From: Candidatus Sericytochromatia bacterium
Lineage (GTDB): Bacteria > Cyanobacteriota > Sericytochromatia > S15B-MN24 > JAQBPE01
Assembly (NCBI GenBank): GCA_035284745.1
Contig: JAYKIL010000012.1
Coordinates: 86,605-150,604, forward strand
Length of the DNA: 64,000 nt
Reading direction: 5' to 3'
Part shown: positions 29,010 to 39,668 of the stretch, in pieces
Layout of the letters: each line of letters opens with the position of its first letter
Numbering within the stretch: position 1 is the first letter of the stretch
The notes under the pieces: model-generated
Databases searched by the model: none
The model's input: the letters and a program-made list of their open reading frames with translations, nothing else
Told to the model about the DNA's origin: nothing
Translations under genes and position numbers: made by a program

Positions 29010-30272
29010 CTAGTCTGCGACCGCTCTGAGCACGTTGACTTCCCCGTGTCCATACATGGCATCCACTCCTGCGGGGCCCCGATCGGTTGCGGTGCGCTCG
29101 ATTTGCTCCTTCACCTGCTGTGCGTTCCAATCCGGATGACGACTCCACACGAGAGCCGCAACTCCGGCGACGAACGGTGCTGCCATCGAGGTGCCGCTCA
29201 TTTTCGCATAGGTATTTCCGGGCATTGTAGAAAGAATACCGACTCCGGGTGCCGTCACGCTCATCGTGGCATCGTGGTTTGAGAAGCGGGCGAGATTCCC
29301 CCCGCTGTCGGTGGCCCCCACAGACAACACTCCGGGATAGGCTGCTGGAAAACCCACCGCATCGGCACTGTTACCAGCCGCTGCAACAATCAATGCCCCA
29401 CTCTGGACCGCCGCATCGTAAAATTTGCGTTCCACGCTGGTCGTTGCCTCACCACCGAGACTCATATTCACAATTTTGGCGCCGTGGGTAATGGCGTGAG
29501 CGACGCCCTTCATGACGTCGTAGCTCGTCCCTCCCCCTTTACCACTCAATACTTTGACAGCCATCACCCGCGAGTCCGGCGCCACCCCAGCGATGCCCAG
29601 TTTGTTGTTCGCCGTCGCGGCAATAATGCCTGCACAATGGGTGCCGTGACCGTTATCATCCATCGGCCCGTCCTTGTCCTTCCGATTAAATATTCGGCCC
29701 GCGCGGAAGGCCAAATCAGGGCCCAAAACAACGCGGTCCTTCAAGTCTGGATGAGAGTAATCAACGCCCGTGTCAACGACAGCGACGGTCACAGCAGGGT
29801 CTCCCGAGCTCTTTCGCCACACCGTTGGGACGTCTTTCTGAACCAGTCCGTACTGCAAAGCATAGAACTCATCATCAGGCGTACCCGACTGACGCGTGGA
29901 GGAGATGGCATAGACCATAGGGTTGGGGTCGGCGTGACGAAGGCCTCTGTCTCGCAATGCTGCCAATGCCCGCTGGATGAGATTTTTTTGGCCGACGTCC
30001 AGCAGATGATACGTCGTCCCCCTGAATGAGAACGAATCAATGTATTTCCCAACATTCTGGGGGGGGCGGAGTTCCGGAGGGCCATCCACAGCCACGACAA
30101 TCTCACTGGGTGCCTCCGCGAAGGCACTCTTCACCTGCAGGACGGGGCGCTCAGTCATCGTCGCACCGCGAACCGTGGGGCGCACGGCAGCAGGCAAAGT
30201 GCCACAAGCCGCCAACAGGAGGGACGCAGCCAAAGCAGGCGCTACAACCCGAATTCCTACGGTCTTTGCCAT
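29010..30272 (-). CDS. Subtilisin-like serine protease (peptidase S8), lipoprotein
   Basis: GGAGG RBS. Signal plus lipobox AASLLLAACG. Catalytic triad motifs VAVVDTGVD, HGTHCAGIIAA and GTSMAAPFVAGVAAL. Confidence 0.8.
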   Translation of the reverse strand: MAKTVGIRVVAPALAASLLLAACGTLPAAVRPTVRGATMTERPVLQVKSAFAEAPSEIVVAVDGPPELRPPQNVGKYIDSFSFRGTTYHLLDVGQKNLIQRALAALRDRGLRHADPNPMVYAISSTRQSGTPDDEFYALQYGLVQKDVPTVWRKSSGDPAVTVAVVDTGVDYSHPDLKDRVVLGPDLAFRAGRIFNRKDKDGPMDDNGHGTHCAGIIAATANNKLGIAGVAPDSRVMAVKVLSGKGGGTSYDVMKGVAHAITHGAKIVNMSLGGEATTSVERKFYDAAVQSGALIVAAAGNSADAVGFPAAYPGVLSVGATDSGGNLARFSNHDATMSVTAPGVGILSTMPGNTYAKMSGTSMAAPFVAGVAALVWSRHPDWNAQQVKEQIERTATDRGPAGVDAMYGHGEVNVLRAVAD

Positions 30273-30370
30273 TGCGATCGCAACCTCCGAAAAACTACCC
30301 TGTGGGGCGCCGTCTCCATGGGTATCGCGAAAAGCTGGCAGGAACTTGTGAGGCTGAACTTAAGCCTACA

Positions 30371-31519
30371 TTAAGTTTCCGTATCGTTTTTTTGAAGCCT
30401 GGGTGTGCGCGGTTGCGCGATGGCCGACAACCAAGCCGTCAGCGGGATCGTGAACAGTAAACTCGCGAGGCCCACCAGCAACGTGACCGCAAACGTCCCC
30501 ACGGTCTCCAAATGCATCACACGAAGCCCACTCAATGGCTGTACGCTTAGACTCAACATCACCGGCAAAAAGCCCCCCAAATAAGCCAGCATCAGGGTGT
30601 TAGAGGTGGTAGAAAGCAAGTCGCGCCCCACCTGGCATCCCGCTTGGAAAAGCGTTGCCCGGGCCATCCCAGGATTCGCTCCGCTCAGTTCGTCGACAGC
30701 AGACGCAATCGACAAAGAGAGATCGAGCAAAACACCCAGCAAACCAATCAACATGCTGGCGGCCAACAAACCCGGGGCATCGATGGAAACACCAAGGGAA
30801 CCAAGAAGCATCACGCTCCCTTCCGAGGCTGCGCCCGACAATTTGGCCCAAACCACAAAGACAGCCGACAGCATCGCAGCCAGAAAAACAGACACGGTGG
30901 TGCCCCCAACGGCAGTCCAGGTCTTGCGACCGGCACCGCTCGTCAGCAGGGCCGTCGCCAGCGCGATGAAGCCCGCGAGAACCACTGCCAAAGGCAGTGG
31001 AGACCAACCGCGCAACGTCAGCGGCAAAAGGATTCCGGCAACGGTTCCCAAGGTCAATGCAAGAATCATCAGGGTCTTCAGCCCCCGCCAACCGCCAACG
31101 AGGGCAAAAGCAAGCGCCGTAAATCCCATCAGCAGCCAAATGGGTTCTGCCCGCTGATGGTCAACTATTTGCCAGTCCAGTTCATCATCTTCCAATGGGG
31201 TCGCGCTCAGCACGACCCGGTCCCCCGGATGAACCATCAACTCGTGCCCATGAGGGCCGCCAATATGTTGGATCACCGTAATGGCTTGACCCGCGCCATA
31301 GCCCCCCGTGACCTCAACCGTCACCAATCTCTGTTGCTCCTGCGCACCCGGAACAATTTGACGCACCGTGCCCAAAGATGCGCGCGGTGGAACATCGGAG
31401 ACCGGCAAGGCCTGCCCGTGGAAATCATCTGCCGTCGCAGGGCTCAAAAAAGTAACCAACAGCAGAACCGAGAAACAGAGGCGAACAACCCAGATCAGCA
31501 ATAGCAGCACCCTTTTCAT
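30371..31519 (-). CDS. YibE/F-family integral membrane protein
   Basis: N-terminal signal/TM, ~100-aa extracytoplasmic segment, then multiple Gly/Ala/Leu-rich TM helices characteristic of YibE/F. Start ambiguous: ATG at 31519 or TTG at 31555. Confidence 0.6.
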   Translation of the reverse strand: MKRVLLLLIWVVRLCFSVLLLVTFLSPATADDFHGQALPVSDVPPRASLGTVRQIVPGAQEQQRLVTVEVTGGYGAGQAITVIQHIGGPHGHELMVHPGDRVVLSATPLEDDELDWQIVDHQRAEPIWLLMGFTALAFALVGGWRGLKTLMILALTLGTVAGILLPLTLRGWSPLPLAVVLAGFIALATALLTSGAGRKTWTAVGGTTVSVFLAAMLSAVFVVWAKLSGAASEGSVMLLGSLGVSIDAPGLLAASMLIGLLGVLLDLSLSIASAVDELSGANPGMARATLFQAGCQVGRDLLSTTSNTLMLAYLGGFLPVMLSLSVQPLSGLRVMHLETVGTFAVTLLVGLASLLFTIPLTAWLSAIAQPRTPRLQKNDTET

Positions 31520-31779
31520 CGCGGCGAGCGCCGCAGCCGTGCGTTTCGAGGGCAAGGACTTTTCATCGCTCCCAGCTTATGCCCTGTGAGTATTGATACA
31601 ACGAATCGTGCGTGTACGCAGTGACCGCAAACCGTAAATCGACAAAATAAAAGGGCCGTTTCCCCGAAGACAGGACGGACGCTTCGTCGCGTCTAAGCCT
31701 TCCCTCCATCGTGAAGCGCTGTATTGAAAAAAGCCCCCCAAGAAAGGGAGGCTTTCGGTGTCAAGACACGGAGAAAAAC

Positions 31780-32241
31780 TTACTCGCGCACCCAGCTCTC
31801 GCCTGCACGGTCCCACGAAACCAACTCTTCGGGTTTAAAGAAGATTCCAATTTCACGCGCGGCACTCTCAACGCCGTCCGACCCGTGAATCACATTGCGA
31901 CCGATATCCACTGAAAAGTCTCCGCGGATGGTTCCCGAGTCAGCATTCGCCGGATTGGTTGCCCCCATCATCTTGCGGGCCGTAGCAATCACCGCAGGAC
32001 CTTCCCAAACCATCGCCACAATGGGGCCCGAGGTGATAAAACTCACCAAACCCTCGAAAAACGGCTTGCCCTTGTGCTCGCCGTAGTGGGTCTCCGCCAA
32101 TTCGCGGGTCACCTGCATCAATTTCAAACCGACCAGTTTGAAACCTTTGCGCTCGAATCGGCCGATTATTTCGCTGACCAGGCCACGCTGAACCCCATCG
32201 GGTTTGACGGCAAGAAATGTACGTTCGAGGGAAGCACCCAT
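31780..32241 (-). CDS. ndk: Nucleoside diphosphate kinase
   Basis: ATG at 32241 after CAGGAG. Motifs [17 protein letters not shown] and NVIHGSD (active-site His). 153 aa. Confidence 0.9.
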   Translation of the reverse strand: MGASLERTFLAVKPDGVQRGLVSEIIGRFERKGFKLVGLKLMQVTRELAETHYGEHKGKPFFEGLVSFITSGPIVAMVWEGPAVIATARKMMGATNPANADSGTIRGDFSVDIGRNVIHGSDGVESAAREIGIFFKPEELVSWDRAGESWVRE

Positions 32242-32337
32242 AATCTTCAGAACTCCTGTAACGATGATGACTGTGTTCTCAGGCGCATAGCGCGACCGCA
32301 TCATAACCGGAGCGCACCGGCACAGCAAGGGGAAACA

Positions 32338-34677
32338 TTAGCGTAATGTCACGCGGGTCACCCCGTCACCGCCCTCCAGGGGGCCCCCGGGCCTGAACTC
32401 GGCGACCCCCGGGCGGGTTTTCAGCCACGCGCGGATCGCCTGTCTGAGGGCGCCCGAGCCAGCCCCGTGAATGAGGGTCACCTCCCGCAAGTGAGCTCGT
32501 AACGCCTGATCAAGGTAGATGTCTGCGGCGGGGATGGCCTCGTGCTGCATCAAGCCCCGCAGATCACACTCGGTTGCTGTGGCGGCCGATGGAATAATGA
32601 TCGTTCCGGTTCGACGCGGCGGGGGTGGGGTGTCTACCAACTCCGCTCCCGATTTCAAAGTCAGGTCCTTTCGATGACACGTGACGGTCAGAACACCCAC
32701 CTGAACCTTGAGATTCCCATCAGAATCGGGCAATTCCAACACTTTGGCACTTTGCCCCAGCTTCGCGACCCATACGGTTTTCCCAACCTCCAAGAGTTCT
32801 TGTTTGCTCGGCGGCAAAGCCGTCGCCTTCTTCTTCTTCCCTTGAAATTTTTCGAGGCGCTCGGTCGCTTTCTGGGCAACTTGTGCGGTGCGGACTCCCT
32901 GCAACTCCCGAATAATTGCCGCAATCTCACCTTTCGCTGACCGAACCTGTTGTTCAACTTTTTCTTTGGCTTTCGCCTCCAACCCTTTACGCTCTTCACG
33001 CCACGCTGCCAATTTGGCCTCATACTCAGATTTGAGGCTTTCGGCCCGGGCGCGTGCCTTTTCGGCGCGTGCCAGCAATTCAGACGCTTGGTGTCGATCC
33101 CGCTCCACCGAGCCTATCAATTGAGCGGTGTCGGTCGCTCGATGAGCGACCAGTGCACGGGCCCGCTCCACCACAGAAGACGAGAGGCCCAACCGTTCAG
33201 CGATCGCAACGGCATTCGACTGCCCTGACACCCCGAGTAACAGGCGGTAAGTGGGGGAGAGCGTTTCCACATCAAATTCCACGGCCGCGTTTCGTATCCC
33301 GGCCAATTCGTAGGGCAGAAGCTTGAGTTCACCGTAATGCGTGGTGGCGACGAGGCGCGTGCCGCGTTCCAAAAGCGACTCAATGACCGCCCGCGCCAAT
33401 GCCGCACCCTCTTCTGGATCAGTTCCTGCCCCGAGTTCATCCAGCAAAACCAACGAGCGGGCGTCGGCCCGCTCCAGAATGCGAATGATATTTGCCATAT
33501 GCCCTGAAAAAGTTGACAGACTTTGCGCAAGACTCTGCTCATCGCCGATGTCAGCAAACACGGAGGTCACCAGACCGATTTCCGACCCATGCTCCACAGG
33601 CGGATGCAAGCCCGCTTGGGCCATCAAGACACAGAGCCCTAGCGTCTTCAGCGCAACCGTCTTGCCTCCCGTGTTGGGTCCAGTGATGAGCATCACCGGA
33701 TGCGCATCATCCACGCTCAGGTCGACGGGGACTGTTCCTATTCCGAGCACGGGAACCAACAGCGGATGCCGGGCTTTCAGCAATCGCGTATTCCCCCTGC
33801 GGTTGAGGCGCGGCGCAGTTCCTCCAAGTAAGTCAGCCAAACGCGCTTTCGCTTGGACGAAATCAAGGTCTGCCGCAGACTGAAGCGTCCAATGAATGGG
33901 ATCAGCGCATCCCGCGACGGCCTCACTTAATTGGGTGAGAATGCGATTCTCTTCGGCGCGCTCTTCGAGTTGCCGTTGCCGCAACGCATTGTTCAACTCG
34001 ACGACCGCCAAGGGTTCCACATAGAGCGTCTGTCCTGTGCCCGATTGATCGTGGACCAGGCCAGGAACCGATGCTTTGGCATCGGCACGCACAGGCAAGA
34101 CAAAACGCTCTCCTCGCACCGTCACGATGGGCTCTTGCAGGGCCTGTGCGTGTTGCCCGATGATACGGGTGAGCGCTTGACGCACGTGATTCTGAGCCTC
34201 ACGCAAATGACGGCGAATCGCCGATAGTGCTGGGCTTGCGTGGTCCGCCAGCCCGCCCGCAGCATCGAATGCACTCAGCAACTGCGATGTCAGTTCAGGG
34301 AGACCGGCCATCGGCGCGGCCAGTTCAGCCAGGTGAGGAAATTCATCCCGCCGTTCGAGTACCCAGTCCTTGAGACGTCGCGCCGACTGTAGCGTGTTCC
34401 CAACGGCCACTAACTCGTCGGGTCGCAAAGTAAAACCCTGCTGAGCACGTCGCACAGCCCCGGTGATATCAACCAAGCCCCCTTGTGGAAGGGAACCTGC
34501 CACACGGTTCAATTCGCGGCACTCGGTTGTCAAACGCAATTCTGCCTGCACCTCGTCCAGCGCAAACCGCGGATAGATGGCCTCGCAGCGTTTCGCCCCC
34601 AAACCGTGACTGCTTTGTGCCACCAGCAGGTCGACCAACTTCTGCCATTCAAGAACTTGTAATGTTTTAGAATCCAT
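32338..34677 (-). CDS. mutS2: Endonuclease MutS2 (MutS domains, Walker A GPNTGGKT, C-terminal Smr)
   Basis: Walker A ITGPNTGGKTVALKT, MutS ATPase core and coiled-coil. C-terminal Smr domain (LRGL...IHGAGSGALR). Confidence 0.85.
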   Translation of the reverse strand: MDSKTLQVLEWQKLVDLLVAQSSHGLGAKRCEAIYPRFALDEVQAELRLTTECRELNRVAGSLPQGGLVDITGAVRRAQQGFTLRPDELVAVGNTLQSARRLKDWVLERRDEFPHLAELAAPMAGLPELTSQLLSAFDAAGGLADHASPALSAIRRHLREAQNHVRQALTRIIGQHAQALQEPIVTVRGERFVLPVRADAKASVPGLVHDQSGTGQTLYVEPLAVVELNNALRQRQLEERAEENRILTQLSEAVAGCADPIHWTLQSAADLDFVQAKARLADLLGGTAPRLNRRGNTRLLKARHPLLVPVLGIGTVPVDLSVDDAHPVMLITGPNTGGKTVALKTLGLCVLMAQAGLHPPVEHGSEIGLVTSVFADIGDEQSLAQSLSTFSGHMANIIRILERADARSLVLLDELGAGTDPEEGAALARAVIESLLERGTRLVATTHYGELKLLPYELAGIRNAAVEFDVETLSPTYRLLLGVSGQSNAVAIAERLGLSSSVVERARALVAHRATDTAQLIGSVERDRHQASELLARAEKARARAESLKSEYEAKLAAWREERKGLEAKAKEKVEQQVRSAKGEIAAIIRELQGVRTAQVAQKATERLEKFQGKKKKATALPPSKQELLEVGKTVWVAKLGQSAKVLELPDSDGNLKVQVGVLTVTCHRKDLTLKSGAELVDTPPPPRRTGTIIIPSAATATECDLRGLMQHEAIPAADIYLDQALRAHLREVTLIHGAGSGALRQAIRAWLKTRPGVAEFRPGGPLEGGDGVTRVTLR

Positions 34678-34752
34678 CACTCTTATTGTAGCAACGCCTT
34701 GCAAGGCCGTATCGCAATTTCTTACAATTAAGGCAAAGCCGGAGGAGCCACC

Positions 34753-35469
34753 GTGCGAATTGGAATTCTAACGGACATCCACGGAGATTACGACACGATG
34801 TTGCGGGTCCTCGCGTGCTTAGAGGCGCAACGGGTGGACCGTCTCATATGTTTGGGGGATCTCGTCGTCCACGGCTCTGCCCCCAATCAGGTTGTAGATT
34901 GGTTTCGGAAACAAAAAGATGTCCGCGCAGTCAAAGGCAATCACGACATCGGCGCAACCATCGCGCAAGAACAATTAGAGGACCTTCATTTCTTTAGTTC
35001 GGATTCCCGCCAGAACACGCAATGGACGCGCGAGGCATTGAGCGAGGAGAACCGTGCGTATCTGGACCAACTACCTCTTGAGGAGTTCGAAGCCGGCGTG
35101 TGCTACACCCACGCGGCCAAAGGCAATCCCTTTGCGGTCCTGCGCAAACCGGAAACCATTGCCGGGAGTTTTCGAAGTATGAACGAGCCCATCATGTTCA
35201 CCGGGCACGCTCACCGAACCCGGATTCACCACTGGCCTGAAGGCAAAAATTTCTGGTGCACCTATCAACCGACCGAAAGCCGCCAATGGATCACCGAGTT
35301 TGCTCCCGGCGATCGTTACATCGTTCATGTCGGCTGTACCGCCCAGTTAAAATATGATCCATATCCCCCGATCTGCGCCGTGTTTGAACCAAAGAATCTT
35401 CGGTTGGAATTCCACGAACTACCCGACCTCCGGACCGCTGCCGTGCATCAACGAAATCGCCGCATCTGA
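34753..35469 (+). CDS. Metallophosphoesterase (calcineurin-like, YfcE type)
   Basis: GTG start after GGAGGAG. Motifs RIGILTDIHGD, LGDLVVHG, GNHD and GHAH. Confidence 0.7.
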   Translation: MRIGILTDIHGDYDTMLRVLACLEAQRVDRLICLGDLVVHGSAPNQVVDWFRKQKDVRAVKGNHDIGATIAQEQLEDLHFFSSDSRQNTQWTREALSEENRAYLDQLPLEEFEAGVCYTHAAKGNPFAVLRKPETIAGSFRSMNEPIMFTGHAHRTRIHHWPEGKNFWCTYQPTESRQWITEFAPGDRYIVHVGCTAQLKYDPYPPICAVFEPKNLRLEFHELPDLRTAAVHQRNRRI

Positions 35470-35492
35470 CTGAGTCACAAAGCTGAAACACC

Positions 35493-36017
35493 TCAGTGGG
35501 GCTTCCTCTGAAGCGACTTGGGCGTCACGCACGTTCCAGTGGCCTGTGCAACCAGCAGCGGCTCCGCCAGCACCTCCGCCGCGGATGCCGCAAGATCGCC
35601 CCTGCGACACAACTGTATCACCTTATAAACAGAAAACTGCATCCTGCGGGACGTGTTTCCAGTGGTAATTAATTCTGCGTGGGCTTCTAAATAATCCCCC
35701 GCGTAGACGGGTGCTTTGAATTCCACCATGTCATAAGCAACAAACAGGCCCTCGTCCCCGTCGAGGCGAATCAATAATTCAGTGGCGAGGTCACCGAACA
35801 GCTCCATCATTTTGGCACCTGCCACCAAGCCACCCGCATAGTGGGCATCGTGCTCCCCCATTCGAACCCGCAAAAAACTGGTCAAGGCCTCAGACACGTT
35901 GATGGCTCCTTTCTGAAAGGCGTAGGGGTCGCGCCGGAAACAGTTTTCAAAGGTAGGCGCCCGTGTGGCCAGCCCCCGGCTCGAACAATCTTTGATAAAG
36001 GCGCAGAGCATGGGCAT
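35493..36017 (-). CDS. Hotdog-fold thioesterase-superfamily protein
   Basis: Core region [26 protein letters not shown] fits the 4HBT/YbgC pattern (D-x-D-x-x-G-x-V). The start is uncertain: the ATG at 36017 overlaps the dgt 3' end by 70 bp, so a downstream non-ATG start is possible. Confidence 0.45.
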   Translation of the reverse strand: MPMLCAFIKDCSSRGLATRAPTFENCFRRDPYAFQKGAINVSEALTSFLRVRMGEHDAHYAGGLVAGAKMMELFGDLATELLIRLDGDEGLFVAYDMVEFKAPVYAGDYLEAHAELITTGNTSRRMQFSVYKVIQLCRRGDLAASAAEVLAEPLLVAQATGTCVTPKSLQRKPH

Positions 36018-37239
36018 CGGTCATGCCAGCAATATAGTCACACACCACACGCAAACGGGCGTGTTCCTCGTGACGAACAAGTTCCCACCCCTCCCGAACA
36101 TCCTCAGGAAAAAGGTCCCCGGAATCGGGTTGAGCAAAGGCATCGAAGAGGCGCTGAATGACCAGCCGCCCTTTATGTTCCAAGGTCGTCACGCGAGGAT
36201 TCCTGATGAGAAGGACGAATTCTACCCCCATCAATATTCGCGTTTCGCGCCAAATTTCAGAGGGGATGTGAAGGGTCCAACCATAACCGGGTGCTTGCTC
36301 CCGGGCTTTCAAGCCCGTATGGGTAATAAAACGGTGAATCAAGCGGGATGTCAGCGCTTTACGACGTTCCTTCACCTGCGTTGCAAGGGGAGCTCGCAAA
36401 CCAGACAGCAAATCCATCATCAATTGCTGAACGGCCTCAGCAGTCACATCGTGGGCCCCTTTTTTTCGCGCGTACGCCGCGATCCTTTCGAGCGTGCCCT
36501 CGTGACCAAAATGGTCCATCCGAATAAGGTCCGCGTGGAGACCGTCTTCCAAGTCGTGCACGCTGTAGGCAATATCATCCGCCCATTCCATGATCTCGGC
36601 CTCCAATGACCGGAAATGATGTCTGGCTCCCTGGCGGATCCAAGATACGATCTCGGTATCGTCGTCGTAGTAACACTTTTCGACCTGAAGCAAGGCGTCC
36701 GGGGAGTTGCCGCGCAGTGCCTTGCGCTGAGAATAGGGCTCCAAATATTTTAGAACAGCCTCGCAGGTCGCCCGGGTCAAATCCAACCCCAAGCCAGCAC
36801 GCTTGGCTTCCAAACGCGTCAATATTCTTAAATTCTGCGCATTGCCTTCAAACCCTCCGTGTCGCTGCATCGCGACTTGCAACGCGGCCTCACCGTTATG
36901 TCCGAATGGCGGGTGTCCCAAATCGTGAGCCAGACAAGCCGCCTCCACCAATTCCGTGGACACCGGCGCGTCAAGCAACTCAGGCAAACGATTAAGAAAC
37001 AGGGCCAAGCCTTTTCCTATTTGCGCCACCTCCATTGAATGAGTCAGCCGTGTGCGAAAAAAGTCTCCCTCGCCAACCCCAAAAATTTGGGTCTTCCCTT
37101 GTAACCGCCGGAACGCTGACGAATGGACGATACGCGCGCGATCCACCTCAAAGGGCGGCCGCGGATCCACCTCGGGATGCCGATCGTTAGGGTCCCGCCG
37201 AGCGTAATCTGTAGCTCCATAGCGAGCAGACTCATTCAT
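35947..37239 (-). CDS. dgt: dGTPase-family deoxynucleoside triphosphate triphosphohydrolase (HD domain)
   Basis: ATG at 37239 (MNESARYG) sits 10 nt after GAGGAG. HD motif [12 protein letters not shown], with downstream [10 protein letters not shown] and the DD pair. Confidence 0.8.
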   Translation of the reverse strand: MNESARYGATDYARRDPNDRHPEVDPRPPFEVDRARIVHSSAFRRLQGKTQIFGVGEGDFFRTRLTHSMEVAQIGKGLALFLNRLPELLDAPVSTELVEAACLAHDLGHPPFGHNGEAALQVAMQRHGGFEGNAQNLRILTRLEAKRAGLGLDLTRATCEAVLKYLEPYSQRKALRGNSPDALLQVEKCYYDDDTEIVSWIRQGARHHFRSLEAEIMEWADDIAYSVHDLEDGLHADLIRMDHFGHEGTLERIAAYARKKGAHDVTAEAVQQLMMDLLSGLRAPLATQVKERRKALTSRLIHRFITHTGLKAREQAPGYGWTLHIPSEIWRETRILMGVEFVLLIRNPRVTTLEHKGRLVIQRLFDAFAQPDSGDLFPEDVREGWELVRHEEHARLRVVCDYIAGMTDAHALRLYQRLFEPGAGHTGAYL

Positions 37240-37333
37240 CGCCGCGCACTCCTCGTCTTTATGGGATACCCACAACACAAGACCCTTCAATCATCGACAC
37301 CCTGAACTGAAGGCTTTTGCGTGGTACAAGAGC

Positions 37334-38272
37334 ATGGCAACTGGCCGTCCGGCGACGCGCAAAACGCGCCCTTCAGCAAGATCTCAAAAGGGTAATCACC
37401 TTACATTGTCTGCCGCAGCCCTTCCTGATGACGAAATGGAGCAGTGGAGAGACACTCTCTCTCAACTGCCGCCACCCGCCAAACCAAGCCGCTTTCATCA
37501 CGAACGTTTCGGTTACAGTGGCCATTTGTTGCCCCTTTTATCTCGCCCTATTCCTCTCGTTGCATTGCTCAGCCAGACCTGCTTAATTCTCTTCGGAATA
37601 CCACCCCGTTGGAATACGTTGGGGCCTCAATTGGCCGAGGTTTTGTGGTTATTGTGGGGCCCGTTTTGGCTGGCGACCCTGGGGCACGTCGTTTTGCGGT
37701 CGGTCAGTGGCGTGATTTGGCAGCGGAGCCGTCGCTTGAAACACCTGGACTGGTCACCCCGCCGCTGGCACTACGGGACGAGCTTCATCCTTGCCGCCCT
37801 GCCGATCATACTCGTCCAATGGAGTGATGTGGCCCTTGAACACTACCTTTGGCTCACCTGGTACAGTCAACAATGGTCCATTGTCAGTGCCTCGGCACAT
37901 GCTGGTTACAATCCAACATGGGAGAACCTGTGGGTCCTGATCGCATGTCTCCCGGTTGGGTGGCAAGCGTCACGCTACGTGCAGGAAATCCCGCCAGGGC
38001 GATTGCTCGGTTTGCAACGGGAACTGGCCAGACTGCGGGGCGAAGTCACGTGGGGGCCTGAAGCTTGGGGCGCAACAGTCGGAGAAGCGGTTGACCGCTG
38101 GCTGGCGGATCTGATTCCGGGGGCGGGAGCGCCACCCGCCCCGGGAGCGAGTCGCTGGCAACAGCGTCAACGCTGGGCTCGATTACGTCGGGAGATGATT
38201 GCAGCCTGGGTATGCACTCCGCCTGACCTAGAACGAGCGAACAGAGCCATCCAAAGCTTTCGCGGGGTTTAA
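37334..38272 (+). CDS. Hypothetical membrane protein
   Basis: Long ORF with four or more hydrophobic helices (LVALLSQTCLILFGIPP, VLWLLWGPFWLATLGHVV, FILAALPIILVQW). No recognisable motif. Start uncertain. Confidence 0.4.
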   Translation: MATGRPATRKTRPSARSQKGNHLTLSAAALPDDEMEQWRDTLSQLPPPAKPSRFHHERFGYSGHLLPLLSRPIPLVALLSQTCLILFGIPPRWNTLGPQLAEVLWLLWGPFWLATLGHVVLRSVSGVIWQRSRRLKHLDWSPRRWHYGTSFILAALPIILVQWSDVALEHYLWLTWYSQQWSIVSASAHAGYNPTWENLWVLIACLPVGWQASRYVQEIPPGRLLGLQRELARLRGEVTWGPEAWGATVGEAVDRWLADLIPGAGAPPAPGASRWQQRQRWARLRREMIAAWVCTPPDLERANRAIQSFRGV

Positions 38273-38277
38273 AACGG

Positions 38278-39609
38278 ATGACACTTCTCGACAAATGGGC
38301 CCCCCGAGTCATTTATCAAGTCTTTCCCGACCGTTTTTCAGCGTGGCCCACCCCCTCACCCTCGGATCGGGCGACCCAACGCCTCCCGTGGAATGGTCAT
38401 CCCATCCAATTTTCCCACCGACGAAGCGATCTCACTCACAGGCACCGCCACCAATTCACGCTGATGGGCGGTAACCTCGAAGGAATTCGCCAAAGGCTCA
38501 GCCATCTGGAGGATCTCGGCATCGACGCGCTGTATCTCACGCCGATCTTCGAAGCCCGCTCAAGCCATCGCTACGATACCGACGACTACCACAACATCGA
38601 CCCGTTGCTAGGAACCCGTGAAGACCTCCAACGCTTGAAGGCAGACTTGAGCCAGCGCGGGATGTTACTCATTCTCGATGGGGTTTTGAATCACACCTCC
38701 CACTATCACCCTTGGCTCCAAAGTGAGCCGCAATATTACCTTCGCACGGCCAACGGCCAACCGGAAACCTGGATGGGAACGGGTCTACTGCCCAAATTAA
38801 ACCCAGAAAATCCAGGATTACAGCAAGCGCTTCTATCGATTCTTGACGCCTGGCCGGAAGCCGACGCGTGGCGCCTCGATGCCTCTCACTTGATCGCACG
38901 GAAATTCCTGCGTCGATTACGCCATCATCTGGGCCCTCAAAAACTCGTCATCGGGGAGGACTGGGACGATGCGCGGTACGACCTCAAAGAGGGAATTTAC
39001 GACGGTCATACCAACTTCGCTTTTCAGAAGCACGCCCTCGCGTTGCTGCAGGGTGATTGTTCACCTGAAACATTTATTCGCCGGATGTCTGTCGTCTATG
39101 AAGGATACCCTTGGAGCGCTGTATGCCTCAGTTGGAATCTGCTGGGCAATCACGACACGGATCGCGTCTTTTCCAAGGTCGGCGAGCGTGACGCTTTTCT
39201 CACGTATGCGAGGTTGCTGCAAGTGACCTTGCCCGGCACTCCGCTCATTTATTACGGCGATGAATACGGCATGCCCGGCTGGGGCGATTGGGGTGCACGA
39301 GGCCCCATGGTTTGGAGTCCCAACAAGAAACAGCGAAAGCGTTATGAAGAGTTAAAAAAACTATTAAGCCTACGCAAGGCTCATCCTGTTCTGGTCGATG
39401 GAAACATCAACTTCCTGTACGCCAGCAACCAAGAACGCACCTTGGTCTGGGAACGAACCAAGAAGGGTGAAAGAATCCTTGTTGGCCTCAATCTTGGACC
39501 AAATTCAGTCACTTGGCGCGACGGTGGGGAAAATTTTGTGATCCCAGCGGCCACAGGCGCCATCCGAGATTGTAAGAAAAATGGGCAAATTTTCTTCCCG
39601 ACCCCCTAG
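38278..39609 (+). CDS. Glycoside hydrolase family 13 (alpha-amylase-family) enzyme
   Basis: GH13 conserved regions GIDALYLTPIF, GMLLILDGVLNHTS, DAWRLDASH and NHDTDR. Catalytic Asp/Glu/Asp in the expected order. Confidence 0.8.
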   Translation: MTLLDKWAPRVIYQVFPDRFSAWPTPSPSDRATQRLPWNGHPIQFSHRRSDLTHRHRHQFTLMGGNLEGIRQRLSHLEDLGIDALYLTPIFEARSSHRYDTDDYHNIDPLLGTREDLQRLKADLSQRGMLLILDGVLNHTSHYHPWLQSEPQYYLRTANGQPETWMGTGLLPKLNPENPGLQQALLSILDAWPEADAWRLDASHLIARKFLRRLRHHLGPQKLVIGEDWDDARYDLKEGIYDGHTNFAFQKHALALLQGDCSPETFIRRMSVVYEGYPWSAVCLSWNLLGNHDTDRVFSKVGERDAFLTYARLLQVTLPGTPLIYYGDEYGMPGWGDWGARGPMVWSPNKKQRKRYEELKKLLSLRKAHPVLVDGNINFLYASNQERTLVWERTKKGERILVGLNLGPNSVTWRDGGENFVIPAATGAIRDCKKNGQIFFPTP

Positions 39610-39668
39610 GCAACTCAGCCGCCCTGTGTTAATCTTCGGTTAAGGTAGGGTCAGCTTGGAGGTAAGCC

